Shown: positions 1 to 9,341 of the stretch, piece after piece
Layout: each line of letters starts with the position of its first letter
Numbering within the stretch: the first letter of the stretch is position 1
Assembly: GCA_018394295.1 (NCBI GenBank)
Contig: CP074573.1
Location: forward strand, 2,886,543 to 2,918,542
Length of the DNA: 32,000 bases
Direction: 5' to 3'
DNA from: Mycoplasmatota bacterium
Lineage (GTDB): Bacteria > Bacillota_I > Bacilli_A > Haloplasmatales > Haloplasmataceae
Program-made: the position numbers and the translations under genes
The notes under the pieces: generated by a model
Database searches by the model: none
What the model was told of the DNA's origin: nothing
What the model saw: only the letters and a program-made list of their open reading frames with translations

Positions 1-167
1 TATATAATTCTCTGTAGTTCTTCCGCATTTTCTAGATGTAGTGATTCTAGTTTAGGATGATAACCTTCATCCAAATCTATTGTTTTCTCTAATTCATTTT
101 GAAGGGATATATCTTTCTTAATCATCTCTAGTAATGCTAAGGTTATCTCTTCTAATCGATTATTCAT
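1..167 (-). CDS. Hypothetical protein, first 55 codons only (gene runs off the left edge)
   Basis: Absent from the ORF track because it is truncated. Minus-strand ATG at 165-167 sits behind GAAGGTGA (173-180). The frame is open to position 1 and reads MNNRLEEITLALLEMIKKDISLQNELEKTIDLDEGYHPKLESLHLENAEELQRII. No family recognised by eye. Confidence 0.45.
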   Translation of the reverse strand, partial: MNNRLEEITLALLEMIKKDISLQNELEKTIDLDEGYHPKLESLHLENAEELQRII

Positions 168-227
168 TATTATCACCTTCTTTTAGTTGTTTAAGTATAT
201 TCACTTAAATACTAAAAGATGACAATT

Positions 228-1520
228 CTATAATCCTAATTGCTCAAAGATTTCATCAATTGCTTCTAAATGATAAGAAACATTAAAGCAATTTTCTATT
301 TCTAAATCAGTTAAATATTGTTTAATCGTTTGATCATTTTTTAATACTTCCTTAAATGAAACTTGATTTTGATAAGCTAACATTGCTTTTGGTTGGACAA
401 GGTCATAAGATTCTTCTCTTGATAACCCTTTATCAACTAGTTTTAATAATACCCTTTGTGAAAATATCACACCATGTGTAGCGTAAATATTTTTCATCAT
501 TTGTTCGTCATATACGACTAATGTATCTATTACTTTTGAGAATCGATGCAACATATAATCTAGAAGAATAGTTGCATCTGGCATAATAATACGTTCGACA
601 GATGAATGAGATATATCTCTTTCATGCCATAAGGCAATATCTTCATATGCTGGAACGATATACCCTCTAATTACTCTTGCGCATCCTGAAATGTTTTCTG
701 ATGAAATTGGATTACGCTTATGAGGCATCGCTGAAGATCCCTTTTGATTTTTATTGAAATACTCTTCCACTTCTTTTACTTCAGTTCTTTGTAAGTGTCT
801 TATTTCAACTGCCATTTTTTCTAAAGACGATGCGATTAATGCTAAGGTAGATATGTAATTAGCGTGCCGATCTCTTTGAAGTGTTTGAGTTGATATTTTA
901 GCAGCATGGATACCAAGATTTTCACATACATATTTTTCTATATAAATCGGAATATTAGCATGCGTTCCTACTGCTCCAGATATTTTTCCCACTTCAATTT
1001 CATTTGCAGCTTCATTAAAACGGTGCAGATTGCGGTTCATTTCTTCATACCACAATGCGAATTTCATTCCAAAAGTTGTGATTTCTGCATGTATTCCATG
1101 GGTTCTACCCATTTGAACAGTGTGTTTATATTGAAGCGCCTTTTCTTTTAAGATTCCAATAAAATTAGATAAACCTTTTCTTAATACTTCATTGATTTGT
1201 TTATAGATATATCCATTTGCTGTATCTACAACATCTGTAGAGGTTAATCCATAATGAACCCATTTTTTTTCTTCTTCTAAACTTTCACTGACTGATCTCG
1301 TAAATGCAATCACATCATGCTTTGTTTCTTTTTCTAATTCATTAATACGATTCATATCAAACGCAGCATTATCTGCAATTTTTTGAACATCTTCAAATGG
1401 TATATGACCTAATTTTGCCCATGCTTCACAAGACAAAATTTCAACTTTTAACCATGCTTTAAATTTATTTTCAACACTCCATAAATCTTTCATTTCTTTT
1501 CTGCTATATCTATCTATCAC
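228..1520 (-). CDS. purB: Adenylosuccinate lyase
   Basis: 430-aa ORF. GTG start at 1518-1520 sits 5 nt after GGAGGA. N-terminus [11 protein letters not shown] matches PurB, and the fumarate-lyase signature [11 protein letters not shown] is present. Confidence 0.95.
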   Translation of the reverse strand: MIDRYSRKEMKDLWSVENKFKAWLKVEILSCEAWAKLGHIPFEDVQKIADNAAFDMNRINELEKETKHDVIAFTRSVSESLEEEKKWVHYGLTSTDVVDTANGYIYKQINEVLRKGLSNFIGILKEKALQYKHTVQMGRTHGIHAEITTFGMKFALWYEEMNRNLHRFNEAANEIEVGKISGAVGTHANIPIYIEKYVCENLGIHAAKISTQTLQRDRHANYISTLALIASSLEKMAVEIRHLQRTEVKEVEEYFNKNQKGSSAMPHKRNPISSENISGCARVIRGYIVPAYEDIALWHERDISHSSVERIIMPDATILLDYMLHRFSKVIDTLVVYDEQMMKNIYATHGVIFSQRVLLKLVDKGLSREESYDLVQPKAMLAYQNQVSFKEVLKNDQTIKQYLTDLEIENCFNVSYHLEAIDEIFEQLGL

Positions 1521-1538
1521 ATTAATCCTCCAATGTTT

Positions 1539-2399
1539 TTATTTAGTCATTCGCTTACATGCCTCTAATGTGTTTTCTAATAACATTGTAATAGTCATAG
1601 GACCAACTCCACCAGGGACTGGTGTTATATAACCAGCTACATCTAATGCATTTTCAAAATCTACATCACCACATAATTTATTGTCAACACGATTAACTCC
1701 TACATCTATAACAACTGCACCAGGTTTAATCATATCAGCTGTAACAAATTTTGCTTTGCCAATCGCTGCGATTATAATATCTGCTTCTTTAGTATGCGAT
1801 TTTAAATCTTTTGTTCTTGAATGACAAATAGTAACTGTCGCATTTTCACGTAGCAATAAATGAGCAACAGGTTTACCTACTATATTACTTCTACCCAATA
1901 TTACAGCATGTTTCCCTGACATGTCAATATTAGTTTCTTTGATTAATTTAATAATTCCTGCTGGTGTACAAGGTAAGAAACATTGTTCTTTCAAAACCAT
2001 TTTACCCACATTGATTGGGCTAAATCCATCAACATCTTTTTCAATACTAATTGTATTTATTATTTTACTTTCATTAATATGTTTTGGTAATGGTAATTGT
2101 ACTAAAATACCATGAACGTCTGTATCTTGATTTAGTTTTTCCACTAATTCAATTAGTTCTTCTTCTTTAGTCTCTACTGGTAATTTAATTAAAGTAGATT
2201 TCATATTCGTTTGCTCACAGCCTTTTTGTTTTCCTGTAACATAAGACAATGAAGCTGGGTTGTCTCCCACTAAAACGACTACTAAATGCGGAACAACGTT
2301 AGTTTCATCAATAAATTGACACACTTTTTCTTTTAATTCTGATCTTATTCTTTTAGCTAAATCTTTTCCACTAACAACTATAGCGCTCAATCTTAACAT
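1539..2399 (-). CDS. folD: Bifunctional methylene-THF dehydrogenase / methenyl-THF cyclohydrolase
   Basis: 286-aa ORF with FolD motifs ([28 protein letters not shown]). Start is ambiguous: ATG at 2399 abuts the AGGGAG SD, while TTG at 2388-2390 is better spaced (9 nt). 18-nt gap to purB. Confidence 0.92.
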   Translation of the reverse strand: MLRLSAIVVSGKDLAKRIRSELKEKVCQFIDETNVVPHLVVVLVGDNPASLSYVTGKQKGCEQTNMKSTLIKLPVETKEEELIELVEKLNQDTDVHGILVQLPLPKHINESKIINTISIEKDVDGFSPINVGKMVLKEQCFLPCTPAGIIKLIKETNIDMSGKHAVILGRSNIVGKPVAHLLLRENATVTICHSRTKDLKSHTKEADIIIAAIGKAKFVTADMIKPGAVVIDVGVNRVDNKLCGDVDFENALDVAGYITPVPGGVGPMTITMLLENTLEACKRMTK

Positions 2400-2422
2400 C
2401 TCCCTATTTATTTTTTAATAAT

Positions 2423-2450
2423 AAATGAAGTCTATTAATAGACTTCATTT
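2423..2450 (-). terminator. Stem-loop between the aminotransferase gene and folD (weak terminator or processing site)
   Basis: Perfect 12-bp inverted repeat AAATGAAGTCTA-TTAA-TAGACTTCATTT about 10 nt after the aminotransferase stop. The minus-strand tail AUUAUUAAAAAA is a poor U-tract. Confidence 0.35.
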
Positions 2451-2460
2451 ATGCCATCTT

Positions 2461-3564
2461 TTAATTATTAGTAATATTATTGTCTTCAATAGCCTTAAAC
2501 TCTAATATTTTATTTACCAAATCATCAATATCTTCAAAGGTAAATTCACTAATAATTCCAATCCGTAACATTAGGTTTGTTAATTTTCCCTGTCCCTTAG
2601 CAACTGAAAAATCATATCGATTATCTAAAAATTGAACTAATTTTTCAATATCATAATTATTATTGGCTAATACAGGAACCAAGGCATTACCTTTTATTTT
2701 TTCATCTTCAATAAACAATTTGAATCCAATTTCTTCCATCTTTTCTTCAACATATTTTCTTAGTGTCATTTTTTCAATAGCGATACATTCAATTCCTTTT
2801 TCCAATATTGCATCTAAAACAATATCTAGGGCTAATATTAATGAAGTAGATGGTGTATAAGGGTTTTGACCCTTTTTAAAATAATCTAAATATTTTTGAT
2901 AATTCCAATAAAATTTCGGTAGATTAGAGTGTTTCATCACTTCTTTTGCTTTCTTTGATAACGCAACAAAAGCAAGGCCTGGTGGTAATAAAAACCCTTT
3001 TTGACTTGATGCTAATGCACAATCCACATTCCACAGGTCAAACTCAAATGGATGTATAATCATACCACTTATACAATCTGCGATTAATAAAGCATTTTTA
3101 GTGTGAATATATTGACCTAATTCTTTAATATCATTTAATACACCAGTTGATGTTTCATGATAAGTGACAAATACACCTTTGATATGAGGATATTTATCAA
3201 ACATATCTTTTACATCTTGAAGATTATAAGTATCTCCCCAGTTATAATCAATAGAATGTACAGTAAGTTGATAGGTCTGACATATCTCTATAAAACGAAC
3301 TCCAAAAAAACCAGTATTAATAATAAGCACTTCATCACCTTTTGAAAACAGATTTACAACAGATGATTCCATAGCCCCTGTACCAGATGATGTTAAAATA
3401 AGTACATCATTTTTAGTCATAAATACTTGTTGTAGTTTTTCAGTCACGCGATAGAGAAGGTTTTGATAATCACTCATTCTATGGTGTATGATATCTTTTG
3501 ACAATTGTACCCGAACAAATTGTGGTATATTGCCAGGTCCTGGTGTAAATAATTTTTTCGACAC
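2461..3564 (-). CDS. Class V (AGXT/SerC-like) pyridoxal-phosphate aminotransferase
   Basis: 367-aa ORF. GTG start at 3562-3564 sits behind AGGGG. Has the MSKKLFTPGPG N-terminus, SSGTGAMES, and an SSQKGF PLP-lysine context typical of serine-pyruvate / phosphoserine aminotransferase-type enzymes. Exact substrate cannot be called from sequence. Confidence 0.8.
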   Translation of the reverse strand: MSKKLFTPGPGNIPQFVRVQLSKDIIHHRMSDYQNLLYRVTEKLQQVFMTKNDVLILTSSGTGAMESSVVNLFSKGDEVLIINTGFFGVRFIEICQTYQLTVHSIDYNWGDTYNLQDVKDMFDKYPHIKGVFVTYHETSTGVLNDIKELGQYIHTKNALLIADCISGMIIHPFEFDLWNVDCALASSQKGFLLPPGLAFVALSKKAKEVMKHSNLPKFYWNYQKYLDYFKKGQNPYTPSTSLILALDIVLDAILEKGIECIAIEKMTLRKYVEEKMEEIGFKLFIEDEKIKGNALVPVLANNNYDIEKLVQFLDNRYDFSVAKGQGKLTNLMLRIGIISEFTFEDIDDLVNKILEFKAIEDNNITNN

Positions 3565-3596
3565 TCTAATCGCCCCTTTATTTCAAAATCGTCATA

Positions 3597-5273
3597 TTAG
3601 AATAATCCGTAAGCATTTCCTTCATCATCAACATCCATTGCAAGTGCTGCTGGCGCTTTTGGTAATCCCGGCATCGTTAGAACAGTTCCAGTTAATGCTA
3701 CTAAGAATCCTGCACCTATAGAAGGTCTTAATTCTCTCACAGTAATTTTAAATCCACGTGGACGTCCAAATACTTTTGCATTATCTGACAATGAATTTTG
3801 TGTTTTTGCCATACAGATAGGCAGTTTATCCCAACCAAATGATTCATACTCAGCAATTTGTTTTTTAGCTTCAGCAGTAAACTCAACACCATCTGCGCCA
3901 TATACTTTTTTACAAATCGCTTCGATTTTATTCTCAATAGAATCATCTAATTTATATAGTTGGTCAAATTTATTTTCTTTCACATTATCAATTTCTTTAA
4001 TAATTCGTTTAGCAAGGTCTACTCCACCTTTGCCACCAAATTCCCAAACTTCTGACATCTCAATCGGATGATTATTCTCTTTACCCCAGTTTAATAACGC
4101 TTCAAGTTCGTTATCTGTATCAGTAATAAATTTATTTAATGCAACAACATAAGGTAAATTAAATTGTTTTATTGTATCGATATGTTTTTCTAAGTTTTCA
4201 ATACCTTTAATTACTGCATCTACATTTTCTTCTTTTAAGTTTTGTTTGCTTACGCCACCATGCATTTTTAATGCACGTACTGTTGCTACAATAACAACAG
4301 CATTTGGTTTCATATCAGCTATTCGACACTTGATATCTAAGAACTTTTCAGCCCCTAAATCTGCACCAAATCCAGCCTCTGTAATCAAATAATCAGCTAA
4401 TTTTATTCCTAATTTCGATGCGATTATTGAATTACATCCATGAGCAATATTCGCAAAAGGGCCACCATGAACTAATACAGGTGTATTTTCTACTGTTTGA
4501 ACCAAATTCGGTTTAATTGCATCTGTTAACAATAATGTTAACGCACCTTCAACTTTTAATTCTCCTACAGTAACTGGCTTCTTATCATAAGTATAACCAA
4601 CGACAATTTGAGCTAAACGTTTTTTCAAGTCGCTTAGGTCTTTAGCTAGACAGAAAACTGCCATTATTTCAGATGCACTAGAAATATTGAATCCATCTCC
4701 ACGCATCACACCGTTAACACGGCTTCCTGTACCAATAATAACTTGACGTAATGCACGATCATTAATATCAACACAACGTTTAAAAGTAATATTTTTTGGA
4801 TCAATATTTAAAGCGTTCCCTTGATAAATATGATTATCAATTAATGCTGCTAAAGTATTATTAGCCGCTGTAATCGCATGAATATCTCCAGTAAAATGTA
4901 AATTTAAATCTTCCATTGGAACAACTTGTGCATATCCCCCACCTGCAGCTCCACCTTTAACACCCATTACAGGTCCTAAAGATGGTTCTCTTAACGCAAT
5001 AATTGCTTTTTTATTTATTAAAGCAAATGCTTCTCCTAATCCAACAGTTGTTGTTGATTTTCCTTCACCTGCTGGCGTTGGATTAATTGCGGTAACTAAG
5101 ATAACTTTCCCATCTTTTTTCTCTTGTAACTTGTCTAACAAGTTAAGCGATAATTTCGCTTTGTACTTCCCATACAACTCAATGTCTTCTTCAGAAATTC
5201 CTAAATTTTCTGCAATCTTTTGAATCGGAAGCATCTTTGCTTCTTTGGCAATCTCTAGATCAGATTTAAACAT
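3597..5273 (-). CDS. fhs: Formate-tetrahydrofolate ligase
   Basis: 558-aa ORF. ATG sits behind AGGAGGG. Carries the [15 protein letters not shown] nucleotide-binding loop and full-length FTHFS-like sequence. Confidence 0.95.
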   Translation of the reverse strand: MFKSDLEIAKEAKMLPIQKIAENLGISEEDIELYGKYKAKLSLNLLDKLQEKKDGKVILVTAINPTPAGEGKSTTTVGLGEAFALINKKAIIALREPSLGPVMGVKGGAAGGGYAQVVPMEDLNLHFTGDIHAITAANNTLAALIDNHIYQGNALNIDPKNITFKRCVDINDRALRQVIIGTGSRVNGVMRGDGFNISSASEIMAVFCLAKDLSDLKKRLAQIVVGYTYDKKPVTVGELKVEGALTLLLTDAIKPNLVQTVENTPVLVHGGPFANIAHGCNSIIASKLGIKLADYLITEAGFGADLGAEKFLDIKCRIADMKPNAVVIVATVRALKMHGGVSKQNLKEENVDAVIKGIENLEKHIDTIKQFNLPYVVALNKFITDTDNELEALLNWGKENNHPIEMSEVWEFGGKGGVDLAKRIIKEIDNVKENKFDQLYKLDDSIENKIEAICKKVYGADGVEFTAEAKKQIAEYESFGWDKLPICMAKTQNSLSDNAKVFGRPRGFKITVRELRPSIGAGFLVALTGTVLTMPGLPKAPAALAMDVDDEGNAYGLF

Positions 5274-5356
5274 TTTATCCCTCCTATATTTTTAGCAACA
5301 ATCTAAAAAATTGTGCTCAACATGAAAACAATATTTCGATAGAAATATTTACTTCT

Positions 5357-5385
5357 ATTTTAAAGCGTTACTAAGATTTTTGCAA
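5357..5385 (-). promoter_or_regulatory. Putative sigma-A promoter of the fhs operon
   Basis: Minus strand: TTGCAA (5380-5385), 17-nt spacer, TAAAAT (5357-5362). This leaves a leader of roughly 80 nt. Promoter-like hexamers are common in DNA this AT-rich. Confidence 0.4.
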
Positions 5386-5480
5386 GATGATTTGATTGAT
5401 TTATCAGATGTTTTTAAATTATATTTAGCAAAATTTATTTTGATAAAGTAAAAATTTCATTCCTATAAAAAATGAAAGTC

Positions 5481-5509
5481 TTTACATACGTTTTGATTCA
5501 CCGTATAAT
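5481..5509 (+). promoter_or_regulatory. Putative sigma-A promoter of the ECF-S-like/DUF1893 unit
   Basis: TTTACA (5481-5486), exactly 17 nt, then consensus TATAAT (5504-5509). The predicted leader is only about 20 nt before the SD GGAGG. Confidence 0.55.
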
Positions 5510-5537
5510 GAAATTAAATTTATATGGAGGAATAAAT

Positions 5538-6074
5538 ATGAATACGAAAAAGATTGTTTATTCAGGATTTTTAATCGCATTTGGTGTTTTGTTACCCATC
5601 ATTTTTCATTTCATTCCTGGTAATTTAGGGCTTATATTATTACCTATTCATTACTCTGCATATTTTGCTGGTGGATTTTTTGGTCCTATTATTGGGGGAA
5701 TTGTAGGATTGTTTACACCAATTATTAGTTATCAACTGACTGGTATGCCTCCACAACTTTCCTTTATATATATCGCAGCTGAAACCTTTGTTTATGGATT
5801 AGTATTTGGGTTTTTATATTATAAAAGACATCTTAACATATATGTTTCATTATTAATTTCTATGATTTTAGGTAGAATAACTAATTTTACAGGAACTTAT
5901 ATTATTGCTAATGTTATCTTAGGTAATATGGCCAAACCTTATCAAATTGTTAATATTTTTTATAACTTTTCTATTGGATTAATGGGTGCTGTTTTCCAAT
6001 TTTTGATTATTCCGCTTGTTATCAAAAGAATTAATATGGTTTTTTCCTTTGATAAGCAAAGGCATGGTGTTTAA
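5538..6074 (+). CDS. ECF-transporter S-component-like membrane protein (ECF_trnsprt/DUF3816-type), substrate unknown
   Basis: The track ORF starts at 5472, but ATG 5538 sits 6 nt after GGAGG and downstream of the promoter. The 178-aa product is polytopic and hydrophobic, with family-typical LLPIH...GGFFGP...LTGMPP...GRI motifs. Confidence 0.65.
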   Translation: MNTKKIVYSGFLIAFGVLLPIIFHFIPGNLGLILLPIHYSAYFAGGFFGPIIGGIVGLFTPIISYQLTGMPPQLSFIYIAAETFVYGLVFGFLYYKRHLNIYVSLLISMILGRITNFTGTYIIANVILGNMAKPYQIVNIFYNFSIGLMGAVFQFLIIPLVIKRINMVFSFDKQRHGV

Positions 6075-6075
6075 T

Positions 6076-6492
6076 ATGTTTAAATATCTAGAACCTGATA
6101 AAACTTGTGTTTTAATTCATGAAACCAAAGTTATATACGAATCAAAAGAAAATAGTGTTAAACCCTTCGTAAAATATATCTATTATCATGGTCTACCAAA
6201 AGAAAATACAATCTTAATCGATAAAGTTATTGGTGTTGCAATTGCCAATGTAGCCTTATATTGTAAACTAAATACCGTTTATGGTTTAATTATCTCTAAA
6301 CCAGCTTTAGATTTACTTCAAAAAAATAACGTTAATGTCCATTATGAAACATTAGTTGATCATATCTTAAGACGTGATAAAACAGATATTTGTCCTATGG
6401 AGAAAAAAATATTAACAGCCAATTCATACGAAGAAGCATTTAATTATTTAAAACAGATTGTTATTGACAATAATCCAATTCACTTAAAGTAA
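6076..6492 (+). CDS. DUF1893 (TM1506-like) domain protein
   Basis: ATG 6076 lies 1 nt after the upstream stop; the track start at 6016 overlaps the previous gene. 138 aa with DKVIGVAIANVALY...VYGLIISKPALDLLQKNNV...DICPMEKK, which I recall as the DUF1893 pattern. Assignment is from memory, not a search. Confidence 0.5.
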   Translation: MFKYLEPDKTCVLIHETKVIYESKENSVKPFVKYIYYHGLPKENTILIDKVIGVAIANVALYCKLNTVYGLIISKPALDLLQKNNVNVHYETLVDHILRRDKTDICPMEKKILTANSYEEAFNYLKQIVIDNNPIHLK

Positions 6493-6526
6493 ATAAAGTT
6501 ATCCACAACTGTGGATAACTTTATTT
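6491..6526. terminator. Bidirectional intrinsic terminator formed by two inverted consensus DnaA boxes
   Basis: Perfect 16-bp inverted repeat AAATAAAGTTATCCAC-AACT-GTGGATAACTTTATTT between convergent DUF1893 (stop 6490-6492) and purA (stop 6526-6528). T-rich on both sides. Contains TTATCCACA at 6499-6507 (+) and 6510-6518 (-). Confidence 0.65.
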
Positions 6527-7806
6527 TAATATATATTTTTAAGAATAATTGTTTGTTCTCTATCAGGACCAACCGAAACCATAATTACTGGTACTTTAGT
6601 AATTTCTGAAATCTTTTTCACATAATTCTGTGCATTAATTGGTAAATCGTCAAAGTTTTTGATTTGTGATATATTTTCATTCCAACCAGGCATTTCAATA
6701 TAAACTGGTCTACATCTTGAAAATTCTTTAATAGTTGAAGGGATGTATTTTATTTCTTTACCTTCTAATTCATAACCAACACAAAGTTTAATCTTCTCAA
6801 GTCCGGTTAGAACATCTAACAAATTAATAGATAGACCGGTTAATCCACTGACACGTCTTGTGTGAGAAACAATGACAGCATCAAACCATCCTATTCTTCT
6901 TGGACGACCTGTAACTGTTCCATATTCTTTTCCGACTTTTCGGATATAATCACCTGTTTTATCTTTCAATTCTGTAGGAAATGCTCCTTCACCAACTCTT
7001 GTAGAATATGCTTTAGTAACACCAACAACCTCATCAATTAGAGTAGGTCCTATTCCAGCTCCAATCGTCACAGCTCCAGCCACTGGGTTAGAAGAGGTTA
7101 CAAAAGGATAAGTACCATGGTCAATATCTAACATGACCCCTTGAGCACCTTCAAATAAAATCTTTTTATCATTTTCTAGTGCCTCATCAATTTCAAAAGA
7201 AGTATCTGTTACATATGGTTTTAAAATTGATGCATACTTGCTATATTCTTTAAACATCTCATTAAAATCGAATGTTGGTTTATTATATTTTTTCAATATT
7301 TCATTTTTTTCTTTAATATGAAACATTAGTTTGTCTTTAAATATTTCAGGATCAATAAACTCTCCTACACGTATACCAGTTCTTGCATACTTATCAACAT
7401 ATGCAGGACCAATTCCCTTTTTAGTAGTTCCAACTTTTAGGTCTTCTCGTAATTCCTCTTGTAATTCATCTAGTGCCAAATGGTATGGTAAAATAACGTG
7501 TGCTCGATTAGATATTCTAATAGAATTTGTTGAAATCCTACGAACACTTAAATAATTCATCTCTTCTATTAATGATTTGGGGTTAATAACCATTCCATTA
7601 CCTAAGAAAACTTTTTCAGCACTAAATATACCCGAAGGAATTAATTTTAATTTGAATTGTTCCTGATTAAATACTATTGTATGGCTAGCATTATTTCCAC
7701 CTTGATATCTAACAACAATATTCGCTTTATGAGACAAGTATTCAGTAATTTTACCTTTACCCTCATCTCCCCACTGAGTTCCAACAACAACAACTGTTTT
7801 AGCCAT
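6526..7806 (-). CDS. purA: Adenylosuccinate synthetase
   Basis: 426-aa ORF. ATG sits behind GGTGGAGGA. Has the GTQWGDEGKGK P-loop and full-length PurA-like sequence. Confidence 0.96.
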   Translation of the reverse strand: MAKTVVVVGTQWGDEGKGKITEYLSHKANIVVRYQGGNNASHTIVFNQEQFKLKLIPSGIFSAEKVFLGNGMVINPKSLIEEMNYLSVRRISTNSIRISNRAHVILPYHLALDELQEELREDLKVGTTKKGIGPAYVDKYARTGIRVGEFIDPEIFKDKLMFHIKEKNEILKKYNKPTFDFNEMFKEYSKYASILKPYVTDTSFEIDEALENDKKILFEGAQGVMLDIDHGTYPFVTSSNPVAGAVTIGAGIGPTLIDEVVGVTKAYSTRVGEGAFPTELKDKTGDYIRKVGKEYGTVTGRPRRIGWFDAVIVSHTRRVSGLTGLSINLLDVLTGLEKIKLCVGYELEGKEIKYIPSTIKEFSRCRPVYIEMPGWNENISQIKNFDDLPINAQNYVKKISEITKVPVIMVSVGPDREQTIILKNIY

Positions 7807-7874
7807 GATATTTCCTCCACCAATTATATTTTTAATTATTAACTTTTATATAAACAACAATTAATCTTGATTGA

Positions 7875-9290
7875 TTATATTAAATCTTTATGAATAATAT
7901 TACGTGCAATCCACACACCATTAGCACCAGCTTGTGCTAATCCTCTTGTTATACCTGCTCCATCACCACCGACATATAATCCGTTTATTTCGGTTTCAAA
8001 ATATGTATTTACTTTTGGTCTAGCAGAATAAAACTTAGCTTCTACTCCATAAAAAAGCGTATGTTCAGAAGCGATTCCAGGCGTTAAATGATCAAGCGCT
8101 TCTGTCATTTCAATTAAAGACTTCATAGTTTTGTAGGGAAGTACAAGACCTAAATCACCAGGTGCTGCTTCTAGTAAAGTTGGACTTACAAAACCCTCTT
8201 TAATTCTCTTTTCAGTTGTTCTTCGCCCTTTTAAAATATCACCATATTTTTGAACGATAATAGTTCCGCTTGATAACATGTTAGCTAACTTAGATACAAC
8301 ATGTGCATATTCATTAGGCTTATCAAATGGCTCTTCAAAAGTATGTGATACTAATAATGCAAAATTTGTATTATTACTTCCAAGTTTAGGATTTTTATAA
8401 GCATGTCCATTTGCTAGCATTGTACCTGAATGATTTTCAATAACAACATGACCAGAAGGATTGGAACAAAATGTTCTAACCGTTGTCCCTACACTTGTCC
8501 TAAAAATAAATTTCCCTTCATAAAGGTGTTCATTGATTTCATCCATGATGATGTTATTTGTTTCAACTCGAACCCCGATGTCCACTTGATTATTTGTCAT
8601 ATTAACTTTATATTTATTCATCATCTTTGTTAACCAACTTGAACCATCACGACCAGGTACAACAACAATATATTTGGCCTGAATTGATTGACCATCTTTT
8701 AAAATTACACCTTTAATTTTATTATGTTCAACAATTAAGTCTGTTACTTCGGTTTTGAATAAATAATCAATTTTGTTTTTCATTTCCTCATAGATATTCT
8801 TTAAAATATCTAAATTTTGTTCGGTACCTAAATGTCTTAATTTTGCTCTTAATAATTTTAATCCAACCGCATAACCTTTTTTTTCAATCTGTTTAACATC
8901 ATCTGTATAAGGATCCGTAATGTGTTTTGTTGCTCCATGTTTTAAATTTATGGCATCGACATATTCAATTAAAGATTCTACTGTATTGGTAGGTAAATAA
9001 TCTGTCATCCAACCACCGAATTCACTCGTGATATTAAACTTACCATCAGAATATGCACCTGCACCACCAAAACCATTCGTAATTGAACAAGCTGGATGAC
9101 AACTTGATATTCCTTCACGATTTATTGGACATTTATCAATCTTTTTTTCTAATATAGGACATCTTCTATGATATATATCATGTCCCTTATCAATTAATAA
9201 AACTTTAAGTTCAGGTTTTTTTAACATTAATTCATAACAAGTAAATATTCCAGCCGGACCAGCACCGACTACGATGACATCATAATGCAT
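7875..9290 (-). CDS. Uncharacterised FAD-dependent dehydrogenase (COG2509-like)
   Basis: 471-aa ORF. ATG sits behind AAGGAGGA. N-terminal dinucleotide fold YDVIVVGAGPAG, then a C-X9-C-X9-C-X3-C cluster (residues 44-68) and a C-terminal GLYVGGDGAG motif. Confidence 0.75.
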   Translation of the reverse strand: MHYDVIVVGAGPAGIFTCYELMLKKPELKVLLIDKGHDIYHRRCPILEKKIDKCPINREGISSCHPACSITNGFGGAGAYSDGKFNITSEFGGWMTDYLPTNTVESLIEYVDAINLKHGATKHITDPYTDDVKQIEKKGYAVGLKLLRAKLRHLGTEQNLDILKNIYEEMKNKIDYLFKTEVTDLIVEHNKIKGVILKDGQSIQAKYIVVVPGRDGSSWLTKMMNKYKVNMTNNQVDIGVRVETNNIIMDEINEHLYEGKFIFRTSVGTTVRTFCSNPSGHVVIENHSGTMLANGHAYKNPKLGSNNTNFALLVSHTFEEPFDKPNEYAHVVSKLANMLSSGTIIVQKYGDILKGRRTTEKRIKEGFVSPTLLEAAPGDLGLVLPYKTMKSLIEMTEALDHLTPGIASEHTLFYGVEAKFYSARPKVNTYFETEINGLYVGGDGAGITRGLAQAGANGVWIARNIIHKDLI

Positions 9291-9318
9291 TTTAATCCTC
9301 CTTATTATATCTCAATGT

Positions 9319-9341
9319 AAAATGCACCTATTTAAGGTGCA
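9319..9341 (-). terminator. Intrinsic terminator-like hairpin (ZIP gene terminator or leader attenuator of the FAD gene)
   Basis: Minus strand: TGCACCT-TAAAT-AGGTGCA followed by UUUUA. It lies about 135 nt after the ZIP stop and about 30 nt before the FAD-protein SD. Confidence 0.45.

Noticed and set aside
3505-3523. PurBox-like CCGAAC core (TTGTACCCGAACAAATTGT)
   Set aside because: It lies inside the aminotransferase coding region near its 5' end, is a single copy, and its flanks do not fit the AWWWCCGAACWWT pattern.
3753-3762. 10-bp perfect palindrome TCCACGTGGA, considered as a parS half-site core. I also looked for TGTTNCACGTGAAACA-type parS and for Noc-binding ATTTCCCGGGAAAT anywhere in the window
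   Set aside because: The flanks do not match parS and the site is inside fhs. I found no 16-bp parS-like or NBS-like palindrome by eye, including within spo0J and noc. A PWM scan could still find degenerate sites.
3737-3946. 69-aa minus-strand ORF nested in fhs
   Set aside because: It is an out-of-frame ORF inside the well-supported fhs coding sequence. It has no SD and no recognisable sequence.
5274-5356. Possible riboswitch or attenuator in the fhs leader (AT hairpin AATATTTC-GATA-GAAATATT at 5330-5349 and an imperfect AGCACAA/TTGTTGCT stem)
   Set aside because: There are no conserved ZTP (pfl), THF or purine riboswitch core sequences. The stems are almost pure A-T and of a kind expected by chance here.
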